A DNA stretch of 64,000 nucleotides, taken from assembly GCA_964304625.1 (NCBI GenBank), contig OZ199840.1:115795-179794 (forward strand), written 5' to 3'. The position numbers and the translations under genes were made by a program. The notes beneath the pieces were generated by a model, which saw only the letters and a program-made list of their open reading frames with translations, had not been told where the DNA came from and searched no databases. Shown piece by piece: positions 11,813 to 24,900 of this stretch (position 1 is its first letter; each line of letters opens with the position of its first letter). This DNA comes from Kudoa neothunni. Lineage: Eukaryota; Animalia; Cnidaria.

Positions 11813-14800
11813 CAGTCGAGATTGGATATTGCATGATTCGGTATTGGGTAATTTAAGATTTTCGATATGAAGATATTTACATTGGGACTTAATTTTAGAG
11901 TTATATCATTACTTTACTTATTAAATTAATAATATAGAATAAAAATAAAAAAATATTTTTTCTATGTGCCTCTGATTTAGTATTGTGTCAAAACTTTTTA
12001 TTGCGTAACGTAAATTACCAACGTGACTCGATATTGCGTGATTTCATCTTCAATATATCCAGGGAGCAGCGTGAAATTTCTGAGAAAATTAGAATAATAC
12101 AATATTACAATTCAATAAGATCAATAAAGGGCGCAAAGAAAATGACGTTTGAAAAGTTTAAACTTAGTGGTATGATTATTTTTAATCGATAACAATTTAT
12201 TTCTTAAAGGACATCCAACGCTTGACAGAATACTTTCTCATGAAACCATGCTGAAAAATTCAGATGTTGTAGGAAATAGGAAGAGGCATCCAAATGGAAG
12301 ATTTATCAACATAGACGAATAAGTTTATGAATGGTTTATCAAAAAACGCACCAATGGTCACATTATTTCTGGTGACGTAATACTTGAAATGGCCACCATA
12401 ATTTTCAGAAAGAATGTAGTTCAAAATTTTAAAGCAAGCAGGGGTTGGCTAGCGGGGTTTAAAAAAAGGTTTGGAATCATTTTCATGGTGAAGCTGCGAG
12501 CGCTAACGCTGCGTCTATTGATTCGTGCATCTATGAAAATAAAAATTTGATAAGCATATATAGCCCAAAAAATATCATCAATATTGACGAAACTGGTTTG
12601 TTTTATGAGCAATTACAGAACAGTAGTTATTAAAAGAAGAAAATGACATTAAAGGTAAAAAGCTATCGAAAAAAAGAGTAACGATTTCGGTATCGTGCTC
12701 TTTAAGCGGAGAAAAATTGCCCTTAGTCGTAATTGAGAAATACCAAAACCCCAGGTACTTCAAGGTGGTAAAAAATTTACCTTATGAGTATTATGCCCAA
12801 AAAAATTATTTGATGAACTCTGCTATTTTTTTCCAGATAATGAAAAAATTAAATTTTAAAATGGAGTCAGAACAACGAAAAATACTAATCTTGCTGGACC
12901 AATGTCCAGCACATCCCAAAGATATCACTTGCTTTAGTAATATAAAGTTTCTCTTCTTACCTAAAAATACTACAAGTGTTTTACAGCCACTCGATCTCGG
13001 AGTGATTAATTGTCTTTAAAGTAGATATAAAAAAATATTGTGTAGCCATATGGCATTATGTGATGATCCGTTAAATAATAGATATACATTACTTAATGCA
13101 ATTTTGACACTCCAAGAAGCATGGAACAGTATTCCACCCGAAATTATTGTCAACTATTTTAAAAAGTGGGGCATATTTAACAAAAGTAAAAGCTAATGCG
13201 AACTTCAAAAATTAATCCATTATCATAGGAGATACAGAGACGGAAACAAATGATAAAATTTTCGAAGATGAACAGAGTATATATATATATATATAATAAA
13301 ATTTTAATATTTTTATAGTCGAGGAGGAAACATGGGAGTCCAACTTTGATGATGATAACTTACCTACTTGTGAGGATGATAACGGCGGTGTCTTAACCCA
13401 TTCAGGGTTTTCATTGCGTTTTCGCAACAAAATGTATTTGATTATATAACAACATATAAAATTATTATTTTAAATGTATTCTGTTATTTTAAATACCCAA
13501 ACATATTAATTTATGGAAACAAATATTATTGGAGTTAATTCATATTTTAAGGTTGAACAAAATATGATTTTATGTGCTATTTTTGAAATTCCAACTAAAC
13601 GAACATCAATTAGAGTTTCGCCTAACACAGATCATGAAAATCTTATTAAAAAACATACCAACTGCCATTTGTCATTTAATATCTATATATGATAATGAAT
13701 GCATCAAAGGATTAATGAATAAATATTTATTTGTAAAAAACATGTGTTGCGAAAACGCAACGAAAACCCCGAACGGGGTAATTGTGCGCGCTGCTTTAAG
13801 TATCACTGTATAATGGATCCAAAATCGTACATGAATCTTTTTGATGCAATCAAAGAATATGAAGATAACGAAAATCTAGAGTTGACTGATTTTGTGTTAT
13901 TACCCCCTGAAAAAGTCGACACTCTTACAGATACTGAGGATAATTTTGAATCCAATTTTAATGGCATATGTGACATCAATTTAATTCCTGAGACGTGTGG
14001 AGAAATTGAAGTATTTTCTGAGGCTCTTGAATCCTTCGTAAATGATGATACCTTGATATGGACTGATAAAACTAATGTCGATTCTACTAAAGAAAAATCA
14101 AAATTTTTATGTCAGAATGAGACTATATTAATCAATCGGAATATGGATAATTTTTCCATCAATACTTGAAGGGAACTTAAATTCTTATGGAACTTTTTTG
14201 GAGTTATTTGATGAAAATTTATTTACACGCATCGTGAAACAATCTAATTTATATGCGAGCCAGAATAACAACCATGATTTTCATGTTACGATTAGTGAAA
14301 TGAAATCATTTATCGGTATTCTGATTTTGTCTGGTTATCATAGATTAGCACGCCAGTCTATGTATGGGGAATCTTCTCCAGACGCTGGTGTTGAACTCGT
14401 TAAAAGTTCAATGACCTACAAACGCTTCGAATCTATAAAAAAAATCATCCATTTTAATAATAATTCAAATATTGACACCATCGATAGATTTTTCAAGGTA
14501 CGCCCTTTAATTCAAGAATTTAACAAAAATTTCAAAAAATTTGGAATATTCGAAAAATATATATCTGTGGACGAGCATATGGTACCTTATACTGGTAGGC
14601 ATTCCGCTAAAATGTTTATGAAAAATAAACCAATTAGATTTGGCTTCAAGCAATGGGTTATGTCATCACCCTCCGGTTACATGTATAGTTTTGACGTGTA
14701 TAATGGAAAGTCAGCAAATTATGATAAAAAATATGGTTTGGGTGGTAGTGTAGTAATCTCTTTTGCGGATGAAGTAAAAAAATGAAAAAGATCTCAATAT

Positions 14801-16663
14801 GTTCTTCGATAATTTTTTTATTTCTCATAAATTATTACAAGAGCTCAAAAGAAGAAATATCAAGGCTACTGGAACCTTAAGATTAAACAGAATATCAAAT
14901 TGCCCTGTTACTCCCCAAAAAGTAATGGCAAAAAAACCAAGGGGAGAATTTGAGATGTTTTCTGATGATCAACAACGTATTCATTGCATTCAATGGAATG
15001 ATACAAAACCTGTTATCGCATTGAGTAATTGCTACACCGCTCACCCTCTCCAAAGCATCAAAAGATACTGTAGGTCGAAGAAAAAAGAAATTACTATTTG
15101 TCAGCCATTTATGATATGTGTATATAATAAGTTTATGGGTGGAGTAGATATTGCCAATAATTTAATTTCTTGTTATAGAATTAACATAAAAGGAAAAAAA
15201 TGGTATTGGCCCATTTTTACGAATATGATATCAATGGCAGTAGTAAATTCATGGAGGATTTATAATATTGTAAATAACACACAAATTGACTTGTTGAAAC
15301 ATGTCAGGAATATAGTGACTGACTTGGTAACATCCGCAAAAACCAGCATTGGCCGAAAGTCTCTGTTGGGTAAATTGCAGAACGCTAATCTATGTAATAA
15401 ACCAACATTGGTGTCTCATCCTCACAAAATAAGACGTAGGTGTGTGGTATGTAAAAATATTACCGTCCATATTTGTAAAAGTTATGGAAATCATATTCAT
15501 ATAAAGTGCTCGGGGTTGTTCCACAAGTAAATGATTAAAATTATAATTTTCTTGTAGATAACTTTTTTTCCTCATGTATTTGACAAATATTATTTATGTG
15601 CGTTGTAATCTTATTCCCATACAAGGAAAGTTTTTCATTGCATTTTTGGAATCTAAATACTTCTCGAATATACTCTTTTATAATTTAATTTTTTTCGATT
15701 ATTTTTTTAGATGATTATTATAATCCTTATTAAGTCTAATACCAGATATGTAAAAACTACAAAATTGTAAGTTAAATGGGTTAAAGGGGTAAAATTTAAT
15801 CTCACATGGCATAATAAGGGATTAGTTAGAGGTTTTGTTACTAGTAAGGAAATATTGTTGAAATATGAACCAAAAATAATTTTTTATCGCTAATCTGGGT
15901 CAAGAATACCGAGTGACACTCAAACGTACTACAACCCATATCATTAAAAAATATAGAAAACAAAAAAATATAAATTTTTCTATAATATGTCACATAGGTA
16001 TTACTAAATTGTTGTTTAAAATTCATTGTTTTTGTTAATTTCATTTGTCACGTGACACGCAAATTTATATACCACAAGTTTTTCGTTGCGTTTTCGCAAC
16101 ACTGCAAAAAACTACGTATCTTTGTAAGGAGATAAAATTTTAAAATAGTTTTTTTTAAATCAATAATAATATTGTTAGTTTTACTTTATATTATAATCTT
16201 ACAAAAATACAAAATTGGAACCTGAATGGGATAATATCTATAGTGAATCCAATTCAGAATGAAATCGAATCTGATGAGGAAGAACCAAAAGTTCCAATAA
16301 AAGATATAAAGTATGCCGTAAGTACATTAAGGAAGGTGTTTATTCAGGAAGATCCATCTGGACTCATCGATCTTCATCCGATAATGGATCGAATTTTAAA
16401 AATATCATCTCAAAGATTGCACCAAACTAAAATTACTTCATTTTTTCATAAAAATTAATAATTTTGTCTGGCTGAATTAAATAAAATTCCTCATATTTAT
16501 TTTATTTCACTAGCAATGATTTAAGGTAGGATAAACGCACAAAACAAGTTTAAATTGAATATTTTTACAAGTGCGCATTTGCATGATTCGATATTGCGTA
16601 AAACCTTTTTATTACGTAATTTTTGTGACCTAGGTAAAATTACGCAATATCGAATCTCGACCG
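11813..16663 (+). mobile_element. pogo/Tigger-like DNA transposon with decayed transposase, interrupted by a piggyBac
   Basis: TA-flanked TIRs CAGTCGAGATTGGATATTGC / CGGTCGAGATTCGATATTGC. CENP-B HTH-like segment (VYEWF, FKASRGWL), NIDETG, LLLDQCPAH, PKNTTSVLQPLDLGVI. C-terminal PCNA-binding-like QTKITSFF at 16243-16458. Stops and frameshifts present. Confidence 0.9.
13397..16230 (+). mobile_element. piggyBac element with near full-length transposase (13813-15530, two frameshifts)
   Basis: TTAA|CCCATTCAGG ... CCTGAATGGG|ATAA. Subterminal repeat TTGCGTTTTCGCAACA occurs three times. Catalytic motifs SVDEHM, FFDNFF, YNKFMGGVD, KKWYW and a C-terminal Cys/His-rich region. Confidence 0.95.
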
Positions 16664-16769
16664 TAATAGTTTAACTTTTTTGCGAAAAAATCATTTATTA
16701 TAAAAACGAAATTGAAATTTTTATATACATGTTAGTTTTCGAGTTATTTCCTCCCTTTGCAATAGCCAC

Positions 16770-17720
16770 TGCCTTATAATTACCGTCCCTTGTACATTAA
16801 TTCCAAAACTCATTCAAAGAATTCTTTTTTAATTTCATTTTATTGAGATACTAAGAATCTTGTTGATTTTTTCGATTGTGGGATTTCTTTAAGATTATAT
16901 TTTCGCTTTCTCCATCGTCTCACTAACTCCCGCGGAACTCCAATCTCTTTTCTCATAAATCTTACATTCATGTTCATTTGCATGGTCAATCGCTTTAAAC
17001 TCATAGCTGTCTAATTGACTCTTTGTTTATCCATAACAAGGATTTACGAGTATCAAAAACGAATGCTCAAATTATCGTATAGTTCCCTATGATCTGAATG
17101 TAAAGAGGTTTGTGCTAGTACTGATAAAGTATATTAAATATAATCTTAATTTTGTTACGAAACTGATACATTACATATGTTCTACAAAATTTTACAGTCA
17201 GACCTACACGGAATTTGAAAAAGTAATCATACTACGTGTAAAAAAGAATCAAATATATTGCTCTATACATAATATAGATGTCTAATTCCAGCTGTAAACA
17301 ATGTGAAATATAAAAGGATTTTAAATGAATTTATACTGCATTTTTATTATAATAAATGTATATATTACTAGTGGCATCATTTTTAACATAACGCTCTGGT
17401 TCGGTAGGATCACTTCATATTCGATTTGTGCAGAGGACACCTTACCAATATATAACGAACCCAATCTGATACTTGAATCTAAGTATACGCACAATCATAG
17501 TAACATTTTTGGAAAAGTTAATGTCAATCTTCAAAGTATGGCCGATAAAAAGTTTTCGACCAAAACGAGATTATATACAATAAATATTAAATCATATTTT
17601 TTGATTTGAACACTTAATAGTTTGAATTATTGATAAATAAAAGCAGGATTAAAAATATCGGAGCATGAATTAAATAATCGAAATTTCTCTAACTAGATAG
17701 TAGGGAAAAATTCGTAAATA
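16770..17720. repeat. Downstream flank of C, duplicated downstream of D (about 27302-28165)
   Basis: Colinear similarity, e.g. ctcactaactcccgcggaa and agtatggccgataaaaagttt in both copies. Confidence 0.9.
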
Positions 17721-17726
17721 TAGGGT

Positions 17727-20700
17727 TTAATTTTTCTTCTTGAAAACCACGAAACCAATAGCACCCATGATCATAGCACCAATAGCCGCCACTGCAATTA
17801 TTCTAAAACAATATTAGTTAAATTGTAGGAACATAATAAAGTAATACATGACCATGGTTTTAGAACTAAATAAAAAATTTAATTATTTTAAAAATATTAA
17901 TTAATAAACCTTGAACTGCTTTTGGCTCCTAAAAGTTACAGTTTTAATTATTTTCGAAGTAATAATGTTTTACCTTGCTCAATAGTGGCTGTCCCATAAA
18001 TTGTTGGATTGATAGAACTGTACACAGTCAAATGATAATTGTTGCCATCTGCTAATCCACTGATAGTGAATGATTTGCATGGGGGGAACCTTTTACATCC
18101 TTTATCCCTTGGACTCATGCATTTTTTAATAATTGCTATCGATTTGGTACTCGCATTACGTAATTCCCACTTACATTTGGATTTTTCATTAAGACTAGAT
18201 GGTAGGGTGTTTTCTATAACAAATGATTCACCATCCCTTGTTATTGTCACATATATTATTTTGTCGTTTTCTGTGGGATTCCCCTTTGGAGCAGCTATTT
18301 ATTTTAAATATTAATATAATAATAATATCGAAAATATTTTTACTAGCTACTAAAGTAATTTCATTTCGCTCTGATTTTCCCACTGCAGTAATAGACACTT
18401 TATACTCTTCATTTGCATCATAGTCGCTGAATTTAATAGAACTGCACAATGGAAATGAGGAGCATGTGTTTGAATTGACCGGGCTCGCAGTTGTATCAAC
18501 TGTTGTAGCTGGGGCAACATTTGTGTCAGTTTCAGTTTGAGTAATAGATTCAGCTCTTGCAATTTTTAATTCATTAATTTCTGATTTAGACTTTGAATTT
18601 TACTAGTACCAGTTTGTCCTTGGTCGGGATTAGGGCTGGATTCGACTGGTGAGCTTGGTGGAGTATTTTGAGTTTCTGGCGCAGCTGCCGGTGTCTGTGA
18701 TGCTTCGCAGACGTAAACATCTTCAAACCCGTCATCTTTTTTTATTTGGATTGTATAATGACAAATGGCTTCTGGGACTTTTTTGGACAATTGTGCATTT
18801 AATTCCAATCCTTGTTCAGTGTATTTTTGAGTTATTCTCAAGGTCGCCAGATCTAGATTGAGTTGAATAAGTTAATATTTTGATATATATATATATACTA
18901 GTTATAACATTTGTATATATGTGTTCTTTGTACTCTTTGTCAGCAATGACTTTAACGTCGTAAGAAGTGTTTGGTTCAAGATCAACAATAGTTATTGATT
19001 CTCTACATCTTCCTCTACAGGGATTGGTTTCAGTACATTTAGCGGTGTAAAATGTATTTTTCCCAGCAGGACTTACGTAATATTCACAATTGGGTTCTTC
19101 ATTTTTATTTGCCTCTGCGTTGCCTCCAATAGCTGTTAGTGTAGTTCTAGATTCTGTCTTAGTAGGGGCAGTTTCTTGGAAATTTTTATTATCCTCATTA
19201 TCTTGTAAATATTATTACTTAAGTTAATATTAAATTTTTAGTTATTACTTGTTCTTATAAGTATTTGTTCTTTGAAGGAAGCTGGATCTGATATGCCACT
19301 GGATTCAATTTCAATTATATATGGTTTTCCCGGAGCCAGCCCTTCTATTATTAATTTTTCGCAACCAGTTTTACATTCGCCGCCATCACCACTACTACTA
19401 CTACCACCACTATTCTTTTTAGTGGTCGAATCACATGTAGTGGTTGATGCAGTGTGTTTGATTCTGTCAGCTTGGTAATGATTTAGAGTACAACTAGTGA
19501 ATTTAGGATCTGATGATGGATTTAAAAATCTCCCATCAAACGTTAAACCTTGTTTCGTATAAACAGATAATAAACCAACTCCAGTCTCAGATATTGCTAA
19601 AAAATTTATAAATTAACACCGAATTAAATAAATTACGAAATTTTTTTTGAGAAAATCCATCTAAATCACTAAGAGAAGTTTTTGAAAGATCGTGATTTCT
19701 GGTTTGAATTAGAACATTATATATTTCTTTTTCTGCAGTTAGAGTAAGCTCAACGTCTTTGCATGGTGCGTAACACTTTCCTGCAGTATTTCCACACTTT
19801 GATTCAAAGGCATCACCCGATGCTGCACTTTTAGCGTCTTTAATGCCAAAAACACAGATCTCAGATGATAACGTTAAATCTGTGAATTTAAGACCAACTT
19901 GATTAGGAGCTCCTGTCTTTTTAGTCACATAATACTGAGGCTCATAAATAGCCACATTTTTCTTCATATATACGTTTGGCATATTATAGAAGAAGCTTGG
20001 ATAATTCAGACACCTTATTTCATAATGGAGGAATTAATAAGTCAAATTCAACATCATTAATTGTGTTGTCCGCGTCACATGTTCCTACAGCGGTACCCGC
20101 GTTGAATTGTGCGTCTTTATAGTGAATTGAGCAACCAACTGGAGGGCAAGTTTTAGTTAAGAGTTTTAGTTTTTTCTCTCATCAACAGATATTTTTGTTT
20201 GGGGATTTACCAACAACGCTAAATTTAAAGATGATTTATCGAATAAAAATTATTTAAATTACGTATGGCCAAACCAAATACTTTTCCACCTTTTGGATAT
20301 GTCTCTGCTTTAGCAGTGGCCTCATCACCATTATCATATACATACATGTATTTTGTTCTTGGAGAGAACTTATTGTATGAAACTTTGCTAGCTTGACTAT
20401 TGCAATCTATCACGCATTTGGTGTTTTCATTATTATTCCCAGGGCACTCAGTTATTTCTCCATACGCGGCTGCTTCTGTATTGGATATCAATATACGACA
20501 CTTTTTTCCTTCGCCATAACTTGACCCAACAAGTATATGTTTTATTAAATTTGAATTACTAGCATCACCGTATTCAATTTGGTATTTGAGTGTTGCTGTG
20601 GGAGTAGACGCAGCTGGAGTTCCCGATACTGTTGTATTTTTAATTATACAAAAGAATGCGATTTGCATGGCTAATAAAGATTCATTATTAATAATAAAAA

Positions 20701-20743
20701 AATAGATACATAAGAGGAAATGCAAAAATTTATCCTTAACCAT
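17727..20743 (-). pseudogene. Surface-protein paralogue C, three 1-nt indels as assembled (pseudogene or sequencing error)
   Basis: Same 10-exon layout, ending GAIGFVVFKKKN*. Indels relative to the other copies: -1 in the T run at 20170-20175, +1 near 20027, -1 in the T run at 18585-18587. No independent nonsense codons were noticed. Confidence 0.8.
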
Positions 20744-21994
20744 TATAAAAGATAAGGAAAAACAACAAATAGAACTGAATAAACGAATACTATAATACGC
20801 CGATACTTGTATTGAATAAAAAGCCTATTGAAACGACAATATAATTAAAATCTTAATTTTTATTTACTATTAAATTAATAATTATGAATTTAATATAGTT
20901 ACTAAAATGCTGAAAATTGCAAATTGAAACAATTATTTTATTATATAGCTCAAATAAATTCGATAATACTTATTATCTCTTGTTCACTCCGCCATAATAA
21001 ATCCAAGGAAAAAATTAATCGATTGGACCAACCATTAGTGGATTCACAAACGAATTTAATCATGTTAAATTTCATGAACTATATTTACATTGACGTCATG
21101 TAAGGTCATCCCAGGTATAAATAATATGAATAATTGGTAAAAATATTTATTCGTATTCATTACGAATAAATCAATCATCTAGATAGATACAAATGTTAGA
21201 CGACACGTATTAAATTTGTGTATCAATATTGAGATCATTATAAATTTTGAATTTTTTTACTGTAAACATTATTTTCATTAAATATATTTGTAACAACCTA
21301 TAATATTAAGTAATTATAGATCAACATTTTGCAAACTTTATTTCTAACCATCATGCATACAAGATAAAGTAATTTAGTCATATTTTTCCTTACAAGAATT
21401 AATTATGGTCGCGACTTTGGTTTTTGGGGATTACTTTTATAATATTTTGATTAATTATATCCGTAAGTATTTATAAAAAATTATATAGCCATAAATGGAA
21501 GAAATCCTATTTTTATAGAAATATCAAAGTATTTTCGTACGGTTGAAAAATAAAAAGGAAGTTGTTTATCGGATCCTATTTAATCTTGCGATTTCCGACG
21601 TTTTTATATGCACATATAATAACTTCCATGATATTCTATCATAATTTTTCCTTTTATATTAATTCCATTTTTATAAATATAAATTGAATTTTACTTTAAT
21701 TGAGATGGTTAACATTATTTCACAATCCGTTTATACACTTACCTAAATAGCTTGGTCTAATTTATTTGTCACATCACATTCCATGTATTGTACTAATTAA
21801 TATTATAAAGTTTTTTTTAAATATTACTATATCGAGCTCTTTTATATTCGAAAAATAATTATTTATTTTTTAAGAAATCCCATGAAAAGATCAATAAACT
21901 GGATACTCCAAATAATTTTAATCCAGTTAAGTATTAAAACATAATTTCCAAATTTATGCGTACAAAATAACGTTTTCATTTTAAATTAAAATTG

Positions 21995-24900
21995 TGCTAA
22001 TTATAAAGCCTGTGACTCATGAAAAACATCCCTTTCTGCATCTTTTTTGTCTCTAATTTTTTAACGATTCTTATTGATAAAATAAATAAATATAGAAAGG
22101 AAAAATTTAGGTATAAAAAATAACTTCTAAATTTTAACCAAATCCGATTTCGAGCAAAATCGTCCCCACGTGTAATCTCCCTGTTGTTTACAAAAACTTG
22201 CCAATCTCATTATTTGTCACATATTTTAACATATTCGCTTTATTAAATCGCCTAAATGATTTTTTGGCATTAAGAAATAAACGTATTTGCTAATTCCGCG
22301 TTTATTAACACGTACTAGTCCAAAATGGAGTCGTTAAGTTATAAAGTCGATGGTGACTTTTATTTACTCATTAATGATTACGAAAAGTTCTTCCATGTAC
22401 GTGCTGCTAAGGGTTATCTTCACAAAGCTCCAACTCGCTGTAGAAATTACAGGAATTTCGATTGCTTCATCCTTAGAAAGCTCAAATTAAATGATGTCAG
22501 GCCGATAACTGAACTGTCCGCCAGTATTGGTATAGTATACGACTACGAAAATTCGGCCTCATATCGTTCTAATTTTTTATTACTTTATTATAGGTCGTTA
22601 TCATTAGATTTAAAAATGACGAAAACAACAAATTTGTTTAAAATTTAAAATTCTACCGCTTTCTCATCATTCTACCTTAATCCTCATTATGTTAGTGTAA
22701 GTTGAATTATGTCAACGTTCTTTGTTTTTAATAAGTTTTTTTAAATTAATCTAATAGCTCGTTTGGATTCTTATAAAAATTAAATATATTGAAGAATTTT
22801 TTAATGTCATTTTGAGTTGCACTCAATCATCCTCTCTACATCTTAAGTGAATTTGAGGTATGAAGAAAGCTTACAATAGCAGATAAAAGTCATCTAAAAT
22901 TTTTAATTTATATATTTTTTATGACAATTTTATTGTTTATTTGTGAAGTTATTGAATTATTTTTGCTGAAAAATTCGTTGGAGTTTTTGTAATTATAATA
23001 TTTTTCATCATTTAATGTTGTATTCGGTAGATTATCATTAGAAAAAAATCTTACGCCATAATTTATGTTATTTTGTCGTACGAAAGTACGAAACCTATTC
23101 AAGGTCATGAATTCGAAATTCATTATAATTCTTATGTTTTAGTTTATTCGTAGTATATAACATTACACATTCAATGTGTGATTTTTTTTAAATAATATAA
23201 TCCCTCGAAAATCATTGAGCTTTAAAATTTTCATTTTATATAGATTTTTCAATAATTATAAATGTAACAGTTTTATTATTCTTGATTTATTATTTATTTT
23301 CTCATTATCAGTTTGATTAAATCATTATTTCAATATATAAATTAATTAAATTAATTGTTAACATTTTGTCGAATTTATTTCGCGAATATAAACATTATTT
23401 AATAATTTTAATTTTAATAATATTTATTTATGTTTTCAAAAAGATTGTTTAATAATTGGAACTTATTTCCATATATTTAGCGGACCCATTCTTCTTGTAA
23501 ATAGCTCTCAAATTCGATATCACTTACTCCTCTTCTGATTCCCAATATTTTAAGTTTCAATTTGCCTCAACAGGATTCTATCGTATTTGAGTGCTTACCG
23601 TTGATACAATAGCGTAATGAATGATTAACAGTAATGTGATTGTAACCCAATTCATCCAATTTTTGATAGGCTTTCCATTCATCACAGTAGATCGTAGTAC
23701 CCCTGATAACTTCGTTTTGAATAATAGGAAGTAATGCTTCCTTATTTATTCTTTCAACCTTAAAATATCTGAACTCCTTAAGTTGTCTTTTCCCGTGGCT
23801 ATCGACAGAGCATAAACATAGGCCAAAGACCCACAGACCACCAATCGTATCACCGTATTTTACGCGGCGCAAACAATGAGTTAATTAGTTTTTAGAGAGT
23901 AAGATTAAAATCATATATACACATTCCCTCCTCGGATAATTCTTCAGCATTTGGTTGATATTCACTGATACTACTATTTAACTAAAAATAGTCTAGTTAA
24001 TCTTTTCGCATGTAATACTCGATACATCGGCTTTATGAGACAAGATTTCCTTACTTACAGAATACTACCATTTATCTCCTTTAAGATATTTACCCCTGTT
24101 ATTATTTCTTTTCCCTTGAAGTAAGCTTTCGTCGATTTCGACCACAAATCCTTCTCCGCCAAACGGTCTCCTATCCTTAAAGCCGCCCGAACAAATATAT
24201 CGTACATTTTTAAACCAGTTTATCCCCGTAATTTTGGATATATGTACCAATGAGCATGTGGATTCTATTTTATTATTCATAAGCCAATAATAAATTACCT
24301 TCATTATCTGTTTTACGGTTATTTTAGAAATTTTTTTCCGGCACCTCTCGAAAAGAAAGTATCTTTAGGGGATGAGACCTAGGTTTTACAGCTATTACAT
24401 ATTGAAAAAGTATAAAATCGAATTATTTTATTACTTTCTACATACATGAATAGTCTGGTACTTATTAGTGCCAACAGAAAAATAGTCCTCACTAATAGTG
24501 GTTTCTTTCCTATTATTTCGTCTGGAAACATAGATCGAATTGTGACATCTACAATTTCTATATCCCGTTGGAATCCTATTTAGGAAATTTTTCGAACAAA
24601 GAAAATTGTATAGAAGATCTCTATTATTAATTAACACAAAAAACTGATCGTCACTATCATCATTAACCATTGCGAATATATACCATTTAAAAAACTCTCA
24701 CTACATTCCAACTTTATTTCAAATAATGAAATACTAAAATAATATAATATTTAAAATTATTAACCTCAAATAAAAGTTTAAAAAGCTAAATTACGAAGTT
24801 CTATCGAATTAAATGAAAATTAAAAAGACGCACGAATTAATTCGTTGAAGGTCATCGCTGTTCCAAATACACATAATGAGGATTAAGGTCGAATTTTGAG

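Noticed and set aside
17325-17609. ORF in the C/D downstream flank, partly repeated at 27920-28108
   Set aside because: Starts and lengths differ between the copies and no motif is recognisable; the similarity is explained by the flank duplication.
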